Positions 27,801 through 42,800 are shown, counted from the first letter of the stretch. The stretch is DNA of 64,000 nt from Phoronis australis (GCA_002633005.1 NMRA01000013.1:672995-736994); one strand, 5' to 3'. Translations and numbers: made by a program. The notes: generated by a model from the letters alone, not told the origin.

Positions 27801-30800
27801 GTTACAGCGAGCTAAAAGCTTGAATAGTCTTTTGCCAACTTTTGGTTTAGCTAGACCACTTGCAGTTACTTAACTCTGGTCTCAACTTGTTCTTTAATGA
27901 CAGATTGGAAGTGATTTATGGGTTTGGGGTATCTACAGCCGCTTAATTCAATCTACATGATACTCACCGCAGCACGACGAATGTTGACCTTTGCCGCCGT
28001 GCCCTGTAGAGTATAGAGGTCGATGTCACGGCGTCGCGTCTTCAATAGGACTTGCTTGGCTATGAGATGTTGATTGATGAAGTGACGAGCTAACTCCACG
28101 TCAGTGCCAAGACGTGATAACTGCGTGATATCAACCGAGATAATATACAAAGTTTTGGTTAAATAAGAAATGATGAAGTGCACAATTTAAAAATCAATTT
28201 CAATATTTCAGTGACTGAGGAGTGTCTGAAAAATTAAGACCAGACAGATGTCACTCGCATGCACCCGCAAATGTAAACGTGGGTACATGGCAACCAATAA
28301 TTTTAGCTGGGTAAAGAGTAAGGAGGATCTTGACCCATTTCAGCTGCATTAGGTGACTCTTAAAAATTCGGTAACTAGAAAAATGCTGTCAATTTAAAGA
28401 AAAACGGACCAGAACACATTATGCTATTATTACCATATGCCATTGACACTTGGTTTATCTGTTATAGAATGGTATATGTAGATACGTGTAGTCAATTTAA
28501 CACTGAAGATTAAACAAAAAGTAAGCGCCAAGAATGGACAAAAAGCAAACGAAGAGCACACTTAACACAAGAAAAGAAACACTTGCCTCGACCAACATGT
28601 CAAAATGTGAAGCGTGTGCATATGAGAAATACAAAAAATTTTCTTTGAAAAAACGTGTCATTTTGGATAAACACGCATGGGCCTACATATCTGCCTAAGT
28701 ATTTTCCAAATAAAAAAATACTGGTGAGCCAAAAACGCTGCATAAGAAACAAACTCACCTCCAAGCGAGTGAGAGCCATTCTGAAGCCCGCATCAGTGGG
28801 AGCGAACAAGGTGAGTGATACTAGTCGTCTCTGGGTCAGTCTATCCCCGCATGTGCTCCTAACCAGTAATAGTATGTAGTTCAACTGTCCTCTCAGCTGA
28901 GGGTCACCCGTGTTCAAGTCCTGGAGTACCTGTAATGATGACGTTACTCTCCATTTATTCCGCACACTTAAACTTAATTTAGCATAGCCCAAAACACAGT
29001 GCTTCCCTAATCCCTGGTTTAATTACCATGCGAGGACTTGACTTACCAAGTGTTAAAAAGTTACCACTTTGTTTACTGGAGATGTTTGAAAGACATTTCA
29101 GTGGCCGGTTGCATGAAACAGTCCCAAATAGGGACTGAACTAAGTTCCCTAAATCAACTGCGTATTAGTGGACTTGTGAAAACACTGATTGTCCTTTCTT
29201 ATGCTGTTTTAGTCTCATTACTAAGCCAACTTTTGGCTTTGAAATAAATCGAGGGTGAACTCGACATTGAATTCTCAATATTATCGAAAATGTATAGGGA
29301 TCTTTTCATGCAACGTTTCTACCTTAAGGACCTATTTATTTTCATTGAATTCAGGATTCACTTTTTAGTTGTATTATTGGAAAATGTCTTTAGTCAAAGA
29401 GATCATAATAAAGATGAAATGACAGCAAAAGATTACATCTGTGAGTAAACAAAGACGCAAGTACGCAAAAGATTTAGGGAACTTAGTTGAGTCCATATTT
29501 GGGACTTTTTCATGCAACCCGGCACTGTGTGGGCAACAAATTACCACCTGGACCATAATAGGTTGGAGAGGCCGAAGGGATGAATAATAGCCGAATGCAG
29601 TCATTCAACAACTTACGTGCAGCCAAACTCCATTCCATAAGGCTTAGCTAAGATTTGTTGTCATACGCGTGTTGCGAGTGTCTTGCATTACAAAATGAAG
29701 CCCTGGCTCCATGACAAGTTTCTCGTTCAGATGCATAGTAACTACAAAAGTCTACTGAAGGTGGGGCATTCATTCAAGGAAATAGTACACGGCAAAATGT
29801 CACCAATTGAAGACACAATACAACAAGGAGAATTTTTTTCATAAAGATAATATCAGTTTAAAGCTCTATATCATAGCAAGCAAACGACAATGTTTTGAGA
29901 AACTGGCCACTCACAACATTAGAAGGCTTTGATGAATGGAGATGGCAATTTTTGCAATTCTTTCAATCCGAATTGATTATTATAAACCAATTCTTTTCCA
30001 AATAGTACTGACAGTGTACTATGCTTTTGATACATATCCAAACAGTGTTCAAATTTGAACTCCGTAAGTTATAGCAGGGATTTCTTTATCCACAATTTAA
30101 TGTTTTCTGTGTAACAAACTTGCAATCAATATCCCGGGCCCAGAGCAGACTATGTATTTTATTATATGTAATGTATGTGTATGTGACACTGGGTGTATGT
30201 GTGCATGTGTGAATGTGTATATAAGTGTCTTACTTTTATTAATTATTAGTCAGTTTTATTAAATATTTATATTAATTTTTATTTAATCATCAGGGCTTGG
30301 AATGACCAATGACAAAAAACGCGGAAACTTTTACGGCCCAAATCATGCGCGCTACTCAGCCTTAAAATGGTCGATGTGAACCTTTCCCCGACAAAAATCA
30401 GGAAGACTACAAAAAAAAAACGTTACCACCATCAGTAGCATGCGTCTGCGCCCTTTTAGCTCGTCCGTCCACTCCCAACCCACACATTTTTGGCTGCAGA
30501 GCCGTAGTATTTGTCGCCGCGGTTTACAATAACACGAGACGCCACTGAAAATCCCACCACGCTATCCCAGATGCCCGGCAATGTTGACAATTTACGTTCC
30601 TCCGAAACATAAAGAGCAACTTCCGCTTTTCGAGGTGAACGTCGTCTGCAACGCCGCGGTAAGAAAGGAATTTGCCGCGGAAATTTTATATCAAATCCGA
30701 TATTTTTTATGCAGAAATATAATAAAATGCACGGACAGAACATTTGAAAAAAGTGGAAATTCGCGTTTCCGTGGAAAATTCCAAGCCCTGAATCATCTTG

Positions 30801-33800
30801 TCTTACTTCTATTTGTTATTTTTTATTATTATTTATTTTGTTTCATCAGTCTTTTCATGTTAGTTTCCTATTCATCGTTGACTATTTGAATCTTGTCTTT
30901 CACTTTGTAATTCTGTTCGTTTTACTGTCTTTACATGTCTTTACTGAGGTCCCCACAGAAAGCAATGAGAACTGATGGGGCTCCTCTCATTGTAAATATT
31001 ACAATATATAAACACAGTATATTCTATACCTGCACGATGTGTCCCACAATGAGAACTGATGGGGCTACTCTCATTGTAAATATTACAATATATAAACACA
31101 GTATATTCTATACCTGCACGATGTGTCCCACAATGAGAACTGATGGGGCTACTCTCATTGTAAATATTACAATATATAAACACAGTATATTCTATACCTG
31201 CACGATGTGTCCCACACATTTCTTTCCATCTCCAACATAGTGTTCTCTACATCGACAGCTAAAACAGACACAGTATACGACACCATTAGCACACAGTCAC
31301 TGTGGATTCCATACAATTGGTATTTAGCTTGATTATTGCAAGTAATGTCAAGAGACACAAGATGAAATATTCTTCAATATTAACAGCACTAAACCATTAG
31401 TAATTCTGCATGCTTTGGCTACAGGAATGAGTGCATTTTCACCACACATCCCCACGTGGATCATACGATGCAACGTCATTGTCAGCACATAGCTCTGTGT
31501 CAAGTTTCAGTGAAATCTGTACATCACTTTTCTACATATCATCCAGAAACACTGTTTCCCGAAAAATAAAAACTGAAAAGCCTTCTGGCCCTGGTGGGCA
31601 GGGTCTGACCAGGGCACAATGAAAAGTGTCTTTCACCGCCTTACACACTTGTGTCAAATTTCATCAAAATATGACAAGGGGTTTTTGAGACATCGAGTGG
31701 ACTCCCAGAAAACAGTGCAATTTGATAGGATGACAATACGAGATAAGACACATGTGTGCATGCTTGCGACCACATAAAAAGCAGGTCACGTTCACAGTGA
31801 CCAGCTATTCAAACACAAGTAATTTTTTTGTCTAATACTAGTTGTTTATTTTCGAAAGTTCACTATAGGAGACACTTAAAGTAAGCATGTAACCTAACCT
31901 AACTTGCAGTGGTCCCACCATAGTACAATTGGCGTTTTTATCGCAAGAGTCCGGCTTCCTCACACAGAGGTCTACCAGGGAGCAGTTGCCGTCCGCAGTG
32001 GCTTCAAATCCCTCCACGCATCGACAGGTACTCTGTAAATAAAGCAATGGCCTCCTGCTTTACCTAAAGCTTGAAAACGAGACAGGAGATGTACATTAGT
32101 CCACAAGTTACAATCCGTGACTTAAAGAACAACCCCAAGCTTATTCAATATCCTGATGGTGGGAGATTGTAATCGCTAACGAGTTATGATCAGTTACCAA
32201 GCCACTGCAACAAAACATACTGACAAAAATGTAAGTCCTCACTCTTGGATTGATACGATTCAAAGGTCATGACCAGTGACCCAAGATCCATGATTTTGGT
32301 TTTACAGGCTGGGCGTGCTCACCATATTGGGAGCGATATAGACACACTCAGCAAATACTCTAGGACAGCCACCATTGTCAGTCTGACATGGGTCGATAGC
32401 GTCGCAGTAGTACCCATCCCCGGCGTAGCCCGGCTTGCACTCGCAGTCGAATAAGTCATAGCGTAGCGGATGGCAAGTGGCATTCTGGTTACATGGCTTC
32501 TCATCACAAGGGTTGATGGCTGGAAAACCAGAGGTGATACTTGTAAAATAGATTTTGAGATTATCTAGGACCTTAATAAACGACTTCAACTTTAAGTTAA
32601 GTAATGAAAAATTGCTTTGTCAATGATTAAAAGTATATATTTTCTGCAAGGAGAAAGATCGAGGATTCTAAAAATATGCTTCTTACTACTGTGTCTTTAT
32701 TATTGTCATGTGACCACATTTTTTAAGTCAATTTTTCATGTGCAAGAAAGGTACATTTACAACAAGATTACCCCCTAGACGATTTTACTAAAACTTCTTT
32801 AAATGTCTCAAAAACGGTGAGAGGATTTTGCTTTAAAATGCCTAGTTTTCGCCTTCCGAGCAATATACAAATAAGACCGCTGTTTTTTTTCCATAAATGC
32901 CTAGAGTTTTGCAAGTTCATATGCCCTAAAACCCAAGCTAAGTGAATGATAAAAAATTCTATGAATAATTTCTAGACCGTGATGCACTCATAATTACTTG
33001 GCTACACCTTTATTCAGCAATTGTGAGTGTTTATAGCATGCCGTTATTATTGACAGGGACACGATAAAACGAATTTGGATTTTGACTATAGTCTTGATAC
33101 AGCGAGCTGGCTGCGTCAGTGTCTCCGTTAGACCCAGAAATTTCACACAGCCCGGGTAGTTCACCTCATCCCCAACTTGTAGATCGAGCCTTGGATTATA
33201 ATACTCCACGGTAGAGCTAATGACCATCGGCCTGTGCACACAAAATCTGTGAGTTAACCAGCACTCACCTTGCACGTTGCAGCCGTTCAAGTGAAAAACA
33301 ATCTAGTAAACGCCATTTTCTTGCATAATCCTCCGCCTTTTGTAACAAAAAAGTCTGTCGTCGATGACCCGCAGACGCACGCTCACTCACTCTCATACGC
33401 AGACGAACTTCAAAACAAACGTCACGTGACAACAANNNNNNNNNNNNNNNNNNNNNNNNNNNNNNNNNNNNNNNNNNNNNNNNNNNNNNNNNNNNNNNNN
33501 NNNNNNNNNNNNNNNNNNNNNNNNNNNNNNNNNNNNNNNNNNNNNNNNNNNNNNNNNNNNNNNNNNNNNNNNNNNNNNNNNNNNNNNNNNNNNNNNNNNN
33601 NNNNNNNNNNNNNNNNNNNNNNNNNNNNNNNNNNNNNNNNNNNNNNNNNNNNNNNNNNNNNNNNNNNNNNNNNNNNNNNNNNNNNNNNNNNNNNNNNNNN
33701 NNNNNNNNNNNNNNNNNNNNNNNNNNNNNNNNNNNNNNNNNNNNNNNNNNNNNNNNNNNNNNNNNNNNNNNNNNNNNNNNNNNNNNNNNNNNNNNNNNNN

Positions 33801-36800
33801 NNNNNNNNNNNNNNNNNNNNNNNNNNNNNNNNNNNNNNNNNNNNNNNNNNNNNNNNNNNNNNNNNNNNNNNNNNNNNNNNNNNNNNNNNNNNNNNNNNNN
33901 NNNNNNNNNNNNNNNNNNNNNNNNNNNNNNNNNNNNNNNNNNNNNNNNNNNNNNNNNNNNNNNNNNNNNNNNNNNNNNNNNNNNNNNNNNNNNNNNNNNN
34001 NNNNNNNNNNNNNNNNNNNNNNNNNNNNNNNNNNNNNNNNNNNNNNNNNNNNNNNNNNNNNNNNNNNNNNNNNNNNNNNNNNNNNNNNNNNNNNNNNNNN
34101 NNNNNNNNNNNNNNNNNNNNNNNNNNNNNNNNNNNNNNNNNNNNNNNNNNNNNNNNNNNNNNNNNNNNNNNNNNNNNNNNNNNNNNNNNNNNNNNNNNNN
34201 NNNNNNNNNNNNNNNNNNNNNNNNNNNNNNNNNNNNNNNNNNNNNNNNNNNNNNNNNNNNNNNNNNNNNNNNNNNNNNNNNNNNNNNNNNNNNNNNNNNN
34301 NGTATCACGTGACAACTTATTCAGAAACTGCAGGGCACGTTCAGAGAATCGAAAGGATTTCACCGCGAGCGTCATCTGTGCACGCTGCATCACACTCGTT
34401 CTATTTTCCTTTCGGTGCTCATTCGAAGGCGGGAGTTTCTTTGACAGCCACAGGGAATTTTTCGACGGTTTTTAGGCTTGTGTCGGGGTTCGTTACTTTG
34501 GAGCAAATGTCGAGCAGACAATCTTAGGATATACTTGCCTATGCGGCTAGCTTTTTAACTTGCCCATCGGGCAAGTACTTTTCAAATTCCACTTGCCCGA
34601 CGCAAAATCTACATGTACACGGGCAATCGGGCAACCGTTAGTGTTGAGCCCTGCATTCAAGGAAATAGTACACGGCAAAATGTCACCAATTGAAGACACA
34701 ATACAACCAGGAGAATTTTTTTCATAAAGATAATATCAGTTTAAAGCTCTATATCGTAGCAAGCAAACAACAATGTTTTGAGAAACTGGCCACTCACAAC
34801 ATTAGAAGGCTTTGATGAATGGAGATGGCAATTTTTGCAATTATTTCAATCCGAATTGATTATTATAAACCAATTTTTTTCCAAATAGTACTGACAGTGT
34901 ACTATGCTTTTGATACATATCCAAACAGTGTTCAAATTTGAACTCCGTAAGTTATAGCAGGGATTTTTTTATCCTCAATTTAATGTTTTCTGTGTAACAA
35001 ACTTGCATTCAATATCCCGGGCCCAGAGCAGACTATGTATTTTATTATATGTGTGTATGTGACACTGGGGGTATGTGTGCGTGTGTGAATATGTGTATAA
35101 ATCTCTTACTTTTATTAATTATTAGTAAGTTTTATTAAATATTTAAATTAAATTTTATTTAATCATCTTGTCTTACTTCTATTTGTTATTTTTTATTATT
35201 TATTTTGTTTCATCAGTCTTTTCATGTTAGTTTCCTATTCATCGTTGACTACTTGAATCTTGTCTTTCATTTTGTAATTCTGTTCGTTTTACTGTCTTTA
35301 CATGTCTTTACTGAGGTCCCCACGGAAAGCAATGAGAACTGATGGGGCTACTCTCATTGTAAATATTACAATATATAAACACAGTATATTCTTTACCTGC
35401 ACGATGTGTCCCACACATTTCTTTCCATCTCCAACATAGTGTTCTCTACATTGACAGCTAAAACAGACACAGTATATGACACCATTAGCACACACAGTCA
35501 CTGTGGATTCCATACAATTGGTATTTAGCATGATTATTGCAAGTAATGTCAAAAGACACAAGGAATATTCTTCAATATTAACAGCACTAAACCATTAGTA
35601 ATTCTGTATGCTTTGGCATCAGGAATGAGTGCATTTTCACCACATATCCCCACGTGGATCATACGATGTAACATCATTGTCAGCACATAGCTCTGTGTCA
35701 AGTTTCAGTGAAATCTGTCCATCACTTTTCTACATATCATCCAGAAACACTGTTTCCCGAAAAATAAAAACTGAAAAGCCTTCTGGCCCTGGTGGGCAGG
35801 GTCTGATCAGGGCACAATGAAAAGTGTCTTGCACCGCCTTGCACACTTGTGTCAAATTTCATCAAAATATGACAAGGGGTTTTTGAGACATCGAGTGGAC
35901 TCCCAGAAAACCGTAAAAAATTTGATAGGATGACAATACGAGATAAGACACATGTGTGCATGTGTGCATGCATGTGACTGCACAAAAAGCAAGTCGACGT
36001 TCACAGTGACCAGCTATTCAAACGCAAGTAATTTTTTTGTCTACTACTAGTTGTTCACTATAGGAGACACTTAAAGTAAGCATGTAACCTAACCTAACTT
36101 GCAGTGGTCCCACCATAGTACAATTGGCGTTTTTATCGCAAGAGTCCGGCTTCCTCACACAGAGGTCTACCAGGGAGCAGTTGCCATCCGCAGTGGCTTC
36201 AAATCCCTCCACGCATCGACAGGTACTCTGTAAATAAAGCAATGGCTTCCTGCTTTACCTAAAGCTTGAAAACGAGACAGGAGACGTACGTACATTAGTC
36301 CACAAGTTACAATCCGTGACTTAAAGAACAACCCCAAGCTTATTCCATATCCTGATGGGGGGAGATTGTAATCGCTGAGTTATGATCAGTTACCAAGCCA
36401 CTGCAACAAAAAATACTGACAAAAATGTAAGTCCTTGCTCTTGGTTTGATACGGTTCATGATCTTGGTTTTACAGGCTGGGCGTGCTCACCATATTGGGA
36501 GCGATGTAGACACACTCAGCAAATACTCTAGGACAGCCACCATTGTCAGTCTGACATGGGTCGATAGCGTCGCAGTAGTACCCATCCCCGGCGTAGCCCG
36601 TCTTGCACTCGCAGTCGAATAAGTCATAGCGCAGCGGATGGCAAGTGGCATTCTGGTTACATGGCTTCTCATCGCAAGGGTTGATGGCTGGAAAACCAGA
36701 GGTGATACTTGTCAAATAGATTTAAAGATTATCTAGGACCTTAAACGACTTCAACTCTAAGTTAAGTAATGAAAAATTGCTTTGTCAACGATTAAAAGTA

Positions 36801-39800
36801 TACGTTTTCTGAAAGGAGAAAGATCGAGGATTCTAAAAATATGCTTCTTACTACTGTGTCTTTATTATTGTCATGTGACCACATTTTTAAGTCAAATTTT
36901 CATGTGCAAGAAAGGTACATTTACAACAAGATTACCCCCTAGACGATTTTACTAAAACTTTTTTAAATGTCTCAAAAACAGTGAGAGGATTTTGCTTTAA
37001 AATGCCTAGTTTTCACGTTCCGAGCAATATACAAATAAGACCGCTGTTTTTTTTACATAAATGCCTAGAGTTTTGCGAGTTCACATGCCATAAAACCCAA
37101 GCTAAGTGAATGATCAAAAATTCTATGAATAATTTCTAGACCGTGATGCACTCATAATTACTTGGCTACACCTTTATTCAGCAATTGTGAAGTGGCAGCA
37201 AAAATACCAAAGTTCTGTCATAGGTATGTTGCCACCGTAATTTTTCACCTATTTAGCACACACCATATGACAGATAAGCGAAAATCTATTTTGTAATTTT
37301 TTTCAACAAAAATAAAGATAAAGATCAAGCATATTACAGCCAATCATTGCCTTGAAACATTGCATTAGCAGCAAAATTATGTCAGCCCTTGAAAAACAGA
37401 GGAATGGCAACTTTGGCAATTCATTTTGGGCAAAATAACTGACAATGGGATTGCGATTTCACTCAAATGACTATCATGTCATGAGATATTGGGTGACTTT
37501 GCTCAGGTAACTAACCGGATTAGCACCGTATGAAGGACTGTTTTAATGCACTGTATTTGCTGAATACGAAATAAGTATCGACAAATAAAATTCTTACTCA
37601 TGAGATATAACTACATGTTTTAACAATATGTGACCATGTGGGCGCACAAAAAGGACGAATACTTCAAACTGAATCATGAAATTACGCCTCCGTTTCCAAA
37701 AAATATGACCCTGAATATATTCAGTATCTTTTAATGTTTTTGAAAGGTCATTATCCGAATATATGCCCATGGTCTGGTTGGATTCTAGTGAACTGATTTT
37801 ACCTTACCTGGATCAAATTTCTCGGTCCTACTAGATCTTACTTGTACTGTATTCGGCCTAATAAGCGCCCAGGGTACTTGGAAAAATTTGTTTCTGGAGG
37901 TGGCGCTTATTGTAGCCTAAGGCAGTTGAAACCCGGTCTCCAAAATGAGTGAAATCGGAAGCTAGGATTCGACGCATCTGTAACCTATGATTGACTTTCC
38001 ACAAAATTGTGGTACATTACTATCAAACTTCGTTGTTAAATTATGATCCTTTTTCAGAAATCCCAGGGCGAAAACTCGCCGACTGATGCGTCGCTGACTC
38101 GCGATCGTCAATAGGGCAACTTGAATTCTTGAATAAAAATACAGTTTCGAATCCACAAATTACCTGAAATCCTCCTTAAGTTTTCCAAATAGCGTCCCTA
38201 AGATTTTTAAGTTCCTGTGGAGTCGGGATTAACAGATTAAGTCCAAATCAGCACTAGATCGCACGAGAAAAATCTGGATGAACACACATTTTGTTGTCGA
38301 GTGACGTTTATTTTGAAGTTTGTCTGCGTGTATGTGAGCCGAGTAGCATACATGTATGTAGCGCATGCTTCCTGGCCATATGCTTTTAACACTGGTCAAG
38401 TTTTATTAGTCTTGATTTGTGGTTTTCACGTGTAGCAAGAAATCTGGATTCCTGTTGAGGGAGATCTGTACGGGAAAGATACAACACAATCCTGTTGACA
38501 AGTACGCTGTGTCTGTTCTGAAAGTCCTGACCATGGTGGGACACAATCCTCACAAGATCAGCAAAATTTTTGCGTTCTTTCTGAAGCACTACTGAAGTTT
38601 GACGAGTATAGTCATGGCTAAATACTGATGTAGCAGCGAGGCCTCGTGGTCTCGAAGTTCCTTGCAAAATGATTTTTTCAGGACTGTTGGATATTGGTAA
38701 TACCTGTAATACCTGTAATACCTGTCACGGACAGGATCATTGGGGATATGCTGGTGCATTAATCCCCTCCCCAGACCATCCCCGTGACAGCAGAAGGTGC
38801 AGAACTCCAGGGCTGATGTTGCCTGTAAGCATTTGATTAGACAGCACTCGGGCACGGCCCTTCTTGTGACTCTTCGCAGCATGGCCATAAATAATACCGG
38901 CTTCGAGCAGGCGACTGCCATCATTGAACTCAGCCAGCTGGGATGCAGTCTGCTCGTGGTTGTTGGATATTGGTAAATTGAAGACATTACTAACTGTAGA
39001 ATTTTATAACTGTAGGTAAGGCATTTTTCATGTCTACACATTCACGGGGTGGGCGCTTATTTTACGAAAGTCTGAAAACGCGTGGGGGGCACTTATAGGG
39101 GCATGGGCGCCTATTAGGGCAAATACGATAAGTGTTTTCTAAATTTCTACCAAAAGTTGCGCTTTGTAGCCAAACTTTAATGACTGCAGGTAATATATAC
39201 AAAAACGACTTGACATACCTGTACAAACACCTTCAACAAACCGGAACCCTGTTTTACAGACACACACAGGAGCAGCTGCAGCTGACCTCTGCACACATTC
39301 GGCATTCACATCACAGGAAATGCTGTCGCAGGTGAGCAGAGCTAAAAGTAGAAAATTGTTAAAGTCAACAGAAGAAATGTGATGGATTAGAAAGTGGTTT
39401 ACAGAGCATGGTTTCTGTTCCTGTCTTTTTGATTTACAGAAACTTCCAAGAAACACTTTTCAATTCCCATGACTAAGATACATTACTGAGAATTTCTGAA
39501 AGAGCCCGGGAAACGTTCAGTCCTTACAAAGCATGTTCACCAACACCAGGGGGTCTCTCCAGTTTAGAGTGTTCCTTAATCCTAGTGGCCAGAGTGGGTT
39601 TGGCTCCCCAGTATAGAAGTGCGAGAACTGCATATTGCCAAAGCCCACGTCAGAGAGGAACAATGGGTACTCAAGCAAATTTAAAGAAGCTGTCTACATT
39701 TAATTCAAAAGCAGATGGCCCAACTTGCCAAGATGTAGACCCGCATCTCTCCCGTGTATGACATCATCTTAAGATCCAGGTCAACTTATCGTGCCAACAC

Positions 39801-42800
39801 CCAGACCCTTACAGTGAGGGAAGAAACGTCTGATCATTCTCAACCACCTGCTTTCTTGTGCATAAACCTGCCATGCTCAATGCTCATACATGGGCGGTGC
39901 AGCACTGAAATAAGTCTCCATGGTGCGCCCATCATATGGCATACACTCGTTTGTACCATGCCTTAAAACTTTGCTATTCCAAACATTCGCATCAAAAACT
40001 TTCAATTTAACCACTCACCACAGGCATATCCCCACCTATTTCGGCCAAAAACAATGGCCAAGTTTTCCCTTTCCTCGTTGATCAAGATGAGATTGGTGAG
40101 ACTTCACCATGTATGAAAATTGGTCTGAACTTGTTCAAATGGACTGATTTGAATAGGCTTACATGAAAAAATAATAAGCAAAAAATGAACAAGCTGAAAT
40201 ACAATAGTCATCAGAACAATGTCTTGAACAAAATACTGAGGATAACACTAAGTAGTACTGGGCATTTCTGATAAAGCGTACATCACCAGCAAGCATCGAT
40301 AGGCACTTTTTCGGAAATGAAGGAAGAAAACGCAACTTGTTCACCTCTAGAACACATTTCCTTTCTTTCATCATGTAGTCAATGAAAGGGTTGTTTTGTT
40401 TACAGTGTGCTCATGTTGGCTAAAAAGTGAAGCTAAGGGAAGCTTAACAACCAACAAAATTAAATCATGCTGGTATTGAATAGCGTTTTTGAGTTTTCCA
40501 GTCATCACTGAAGAAACACTTCCTCGTTCCAAAAATCGCAAAAAGATTATACTGCACTCAGGTAGCACAAAGTGATCTATTATCTTCAGACTGTTCAGGG
40601 GGCGTGCCTTATGGGAAATCCCCTCAGGTAAGTAAATACAGTGGAGACTACTTAATGCCATACCCTCTGTTTTGACACAAATTATTAATTATAAGCAGTG
40701 ATCGTAACCACTCATATAACCTCATCATGCCAAGTGGAGAGTCTCACAGTACTTTCATGATAGGCAAACAGGAAGAGGTTGATTTTTACCCCCCGTTGCC
40801 GAGATCCGATAAGGCAATCAGATTTACGTTAGTTTTCATGCAGAAAATTAAGCAACGACAGAAATTTGTAACATTCTTGATCCGCTAGGTGACGCTTTGC
40901 GCCATGTCCCTAACCAATCATAACAACGCATAGTAAGGTTAAAGGTCAGGAAAGTTCGGGCGCTAGTACCGTGAGCCCGACTGAAGTCAGAGCAATACTT
41001 GTCAAGTTTACAATAACAGTCTTTAGAGTTTCTGGAATTCTAGTCTACAGTATGACAGTGCTAGCTGGGTCATTGGGGTCACAGCTCTATGTTAACTTGT
41101 AGGCCTACACATAAGCACAACAAAAGTGAATTGAACACCAGCCAGCCGGCGTGTGCTTGCAGCCTTAAGCGGGCTGCCAAAAGCGCTTTTTATTAATCTT
41201 CACATGTTTGCCAATACATATTTGTGTCCGGAATCCACTCCAATGTAACAGTATTAAATTAAGACCAAAGGACAATGTTCTGTGGATCACAAAAAACGAA
41301 ACAACATTTTGAAGATAACTAGTATGACATGCTATGAACAGTCCCACTAAACAAGATTGGTCCTAACCCCAGTCGCCAAGGTAAACGGTGGGGTATGGAA
41401 AATTGAACTAGACCATATTTATCCACCTTGGCTGAGTCGCGCTCGGCTCACGATCAAAGCGATGCCTCCAAGCTGCTCTATTCATCGAGTCACGAGCGAG
41501 GATAATTGGCTTCGCTCATGCGGATATGATCAGCTGATTACAATCTACCTAGCAGACTGTACTTTTTATGGAGAGAGTTACAAGTAGTTCTTACTGTAAT
41601 ATTTGAAAAGAGGAGCGAAAACAAATATGAGTACAACTTTGAATTTTTCAAATCGGCCCAGGATAAGAGATTTTGCAACACAGCAACACTCACGATTACT
41701 TTCAATCGGCGCGCACGAATACAAAAGTATAGGACCCAAGTTATTTAGATTTTGGAACGCATGCATTGCAATATTCAAAATACGTTTATTATGAATCTTA
41801 CAAGCTGCAAAACGACATTGTTTAATTTCATTGTGCTCATTCATTGTCATCCGTCAAATCGGCAATTTCCGAGATGTGATCTGCGGTGTGCGCGGATGCG
41901 TACAAAACACGGGATTGTTATGTTCCTGAAGTACGAAAATTAAGAAACTTTAGCATGCCGTTATTATTGACAGGGACACGATAAAACAAATTTGGATTTT
42001 GACTATAGTCTTGATACAGCGAGCTGGCTGACCACTGCGTCAGTGTCTCCATTAGACCCAGAAATTTCACACAGCCCGGGTAATTCACTTCGTCCCCAAC
42101 ATGTAGATCGAGCCTTGGACTATTAATACTCCACGGTAGAGCTAACGACCGTCGGCCTGTGCACACAAAATCTTTGAGTTAACCAGCACTCACCTTGCAC
42201 GTTGCAGCCGTTTAAATGAAAAAACAATCTAGTAAACGCCATTTTCCTGCATAATCCTCCGCCTTTTGTAACAAAAAAGTCTATCGTCGATGACCCACAC
42301 GCTCCGGCACTCACTCTCATACACAAACGAACTTCAAAACAAACGTCACGTGACAACAACATGTGTGTTCATCCAGAGATTTTTCTCGTGTTGTGGGGTG
42401 CAATGTAGCGCAGATTTGGACTTAATCGCAATTAATCTGGACTCCACATGAACTTTAAAAATTGTAAAACATAAGGAAGATTTCAGGTAATTTGTTGAGT
42501 CGAAACTATATTTTTATTCAAGAGTTCAAGTTTTCCTATTGACGATGGCGATTCAGCGACGCATCAGTCGGCAAGTTTTCGCCCTGTAATGAGCACAATT
42601 TTTTGAAAAAATATCGTAATTTAACAACGGAAGTTCATAGCAATGCACCACAATTTTGTAGAAAGACTGTCATAGGCTAAAAATACGTCACAGAGCGTAA
42701 ATTTTATGAATCCTAGCTTCCGATTTTACCCGTTTGGGAAACCGGCTTTCAACTGCCGTAGGCTACAATAAGAATCCCCTCCCCGTGAAATGAATTTTTC

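Larger units (their letters stand above)
29767..37190. repeat. Duplicated block (B ~29767-33025; A ~34654-37190) carrying exons 5-7, on either side of a scaffold gap
   Basis: Colinear, high identity, copy-specific insertions. Confidence 0.92.

Noticed and set aside
30935-31240. Repetitive ORFs and a possible CRISPR-like array
   Set aside because: Contiguous 84-bp tandem units with no unique spacers; eukaryotic context and no cas genes
33265-34475. Three long ORFs of 323-401 aa
   Set aside because: Artefacts of translating through the N gap
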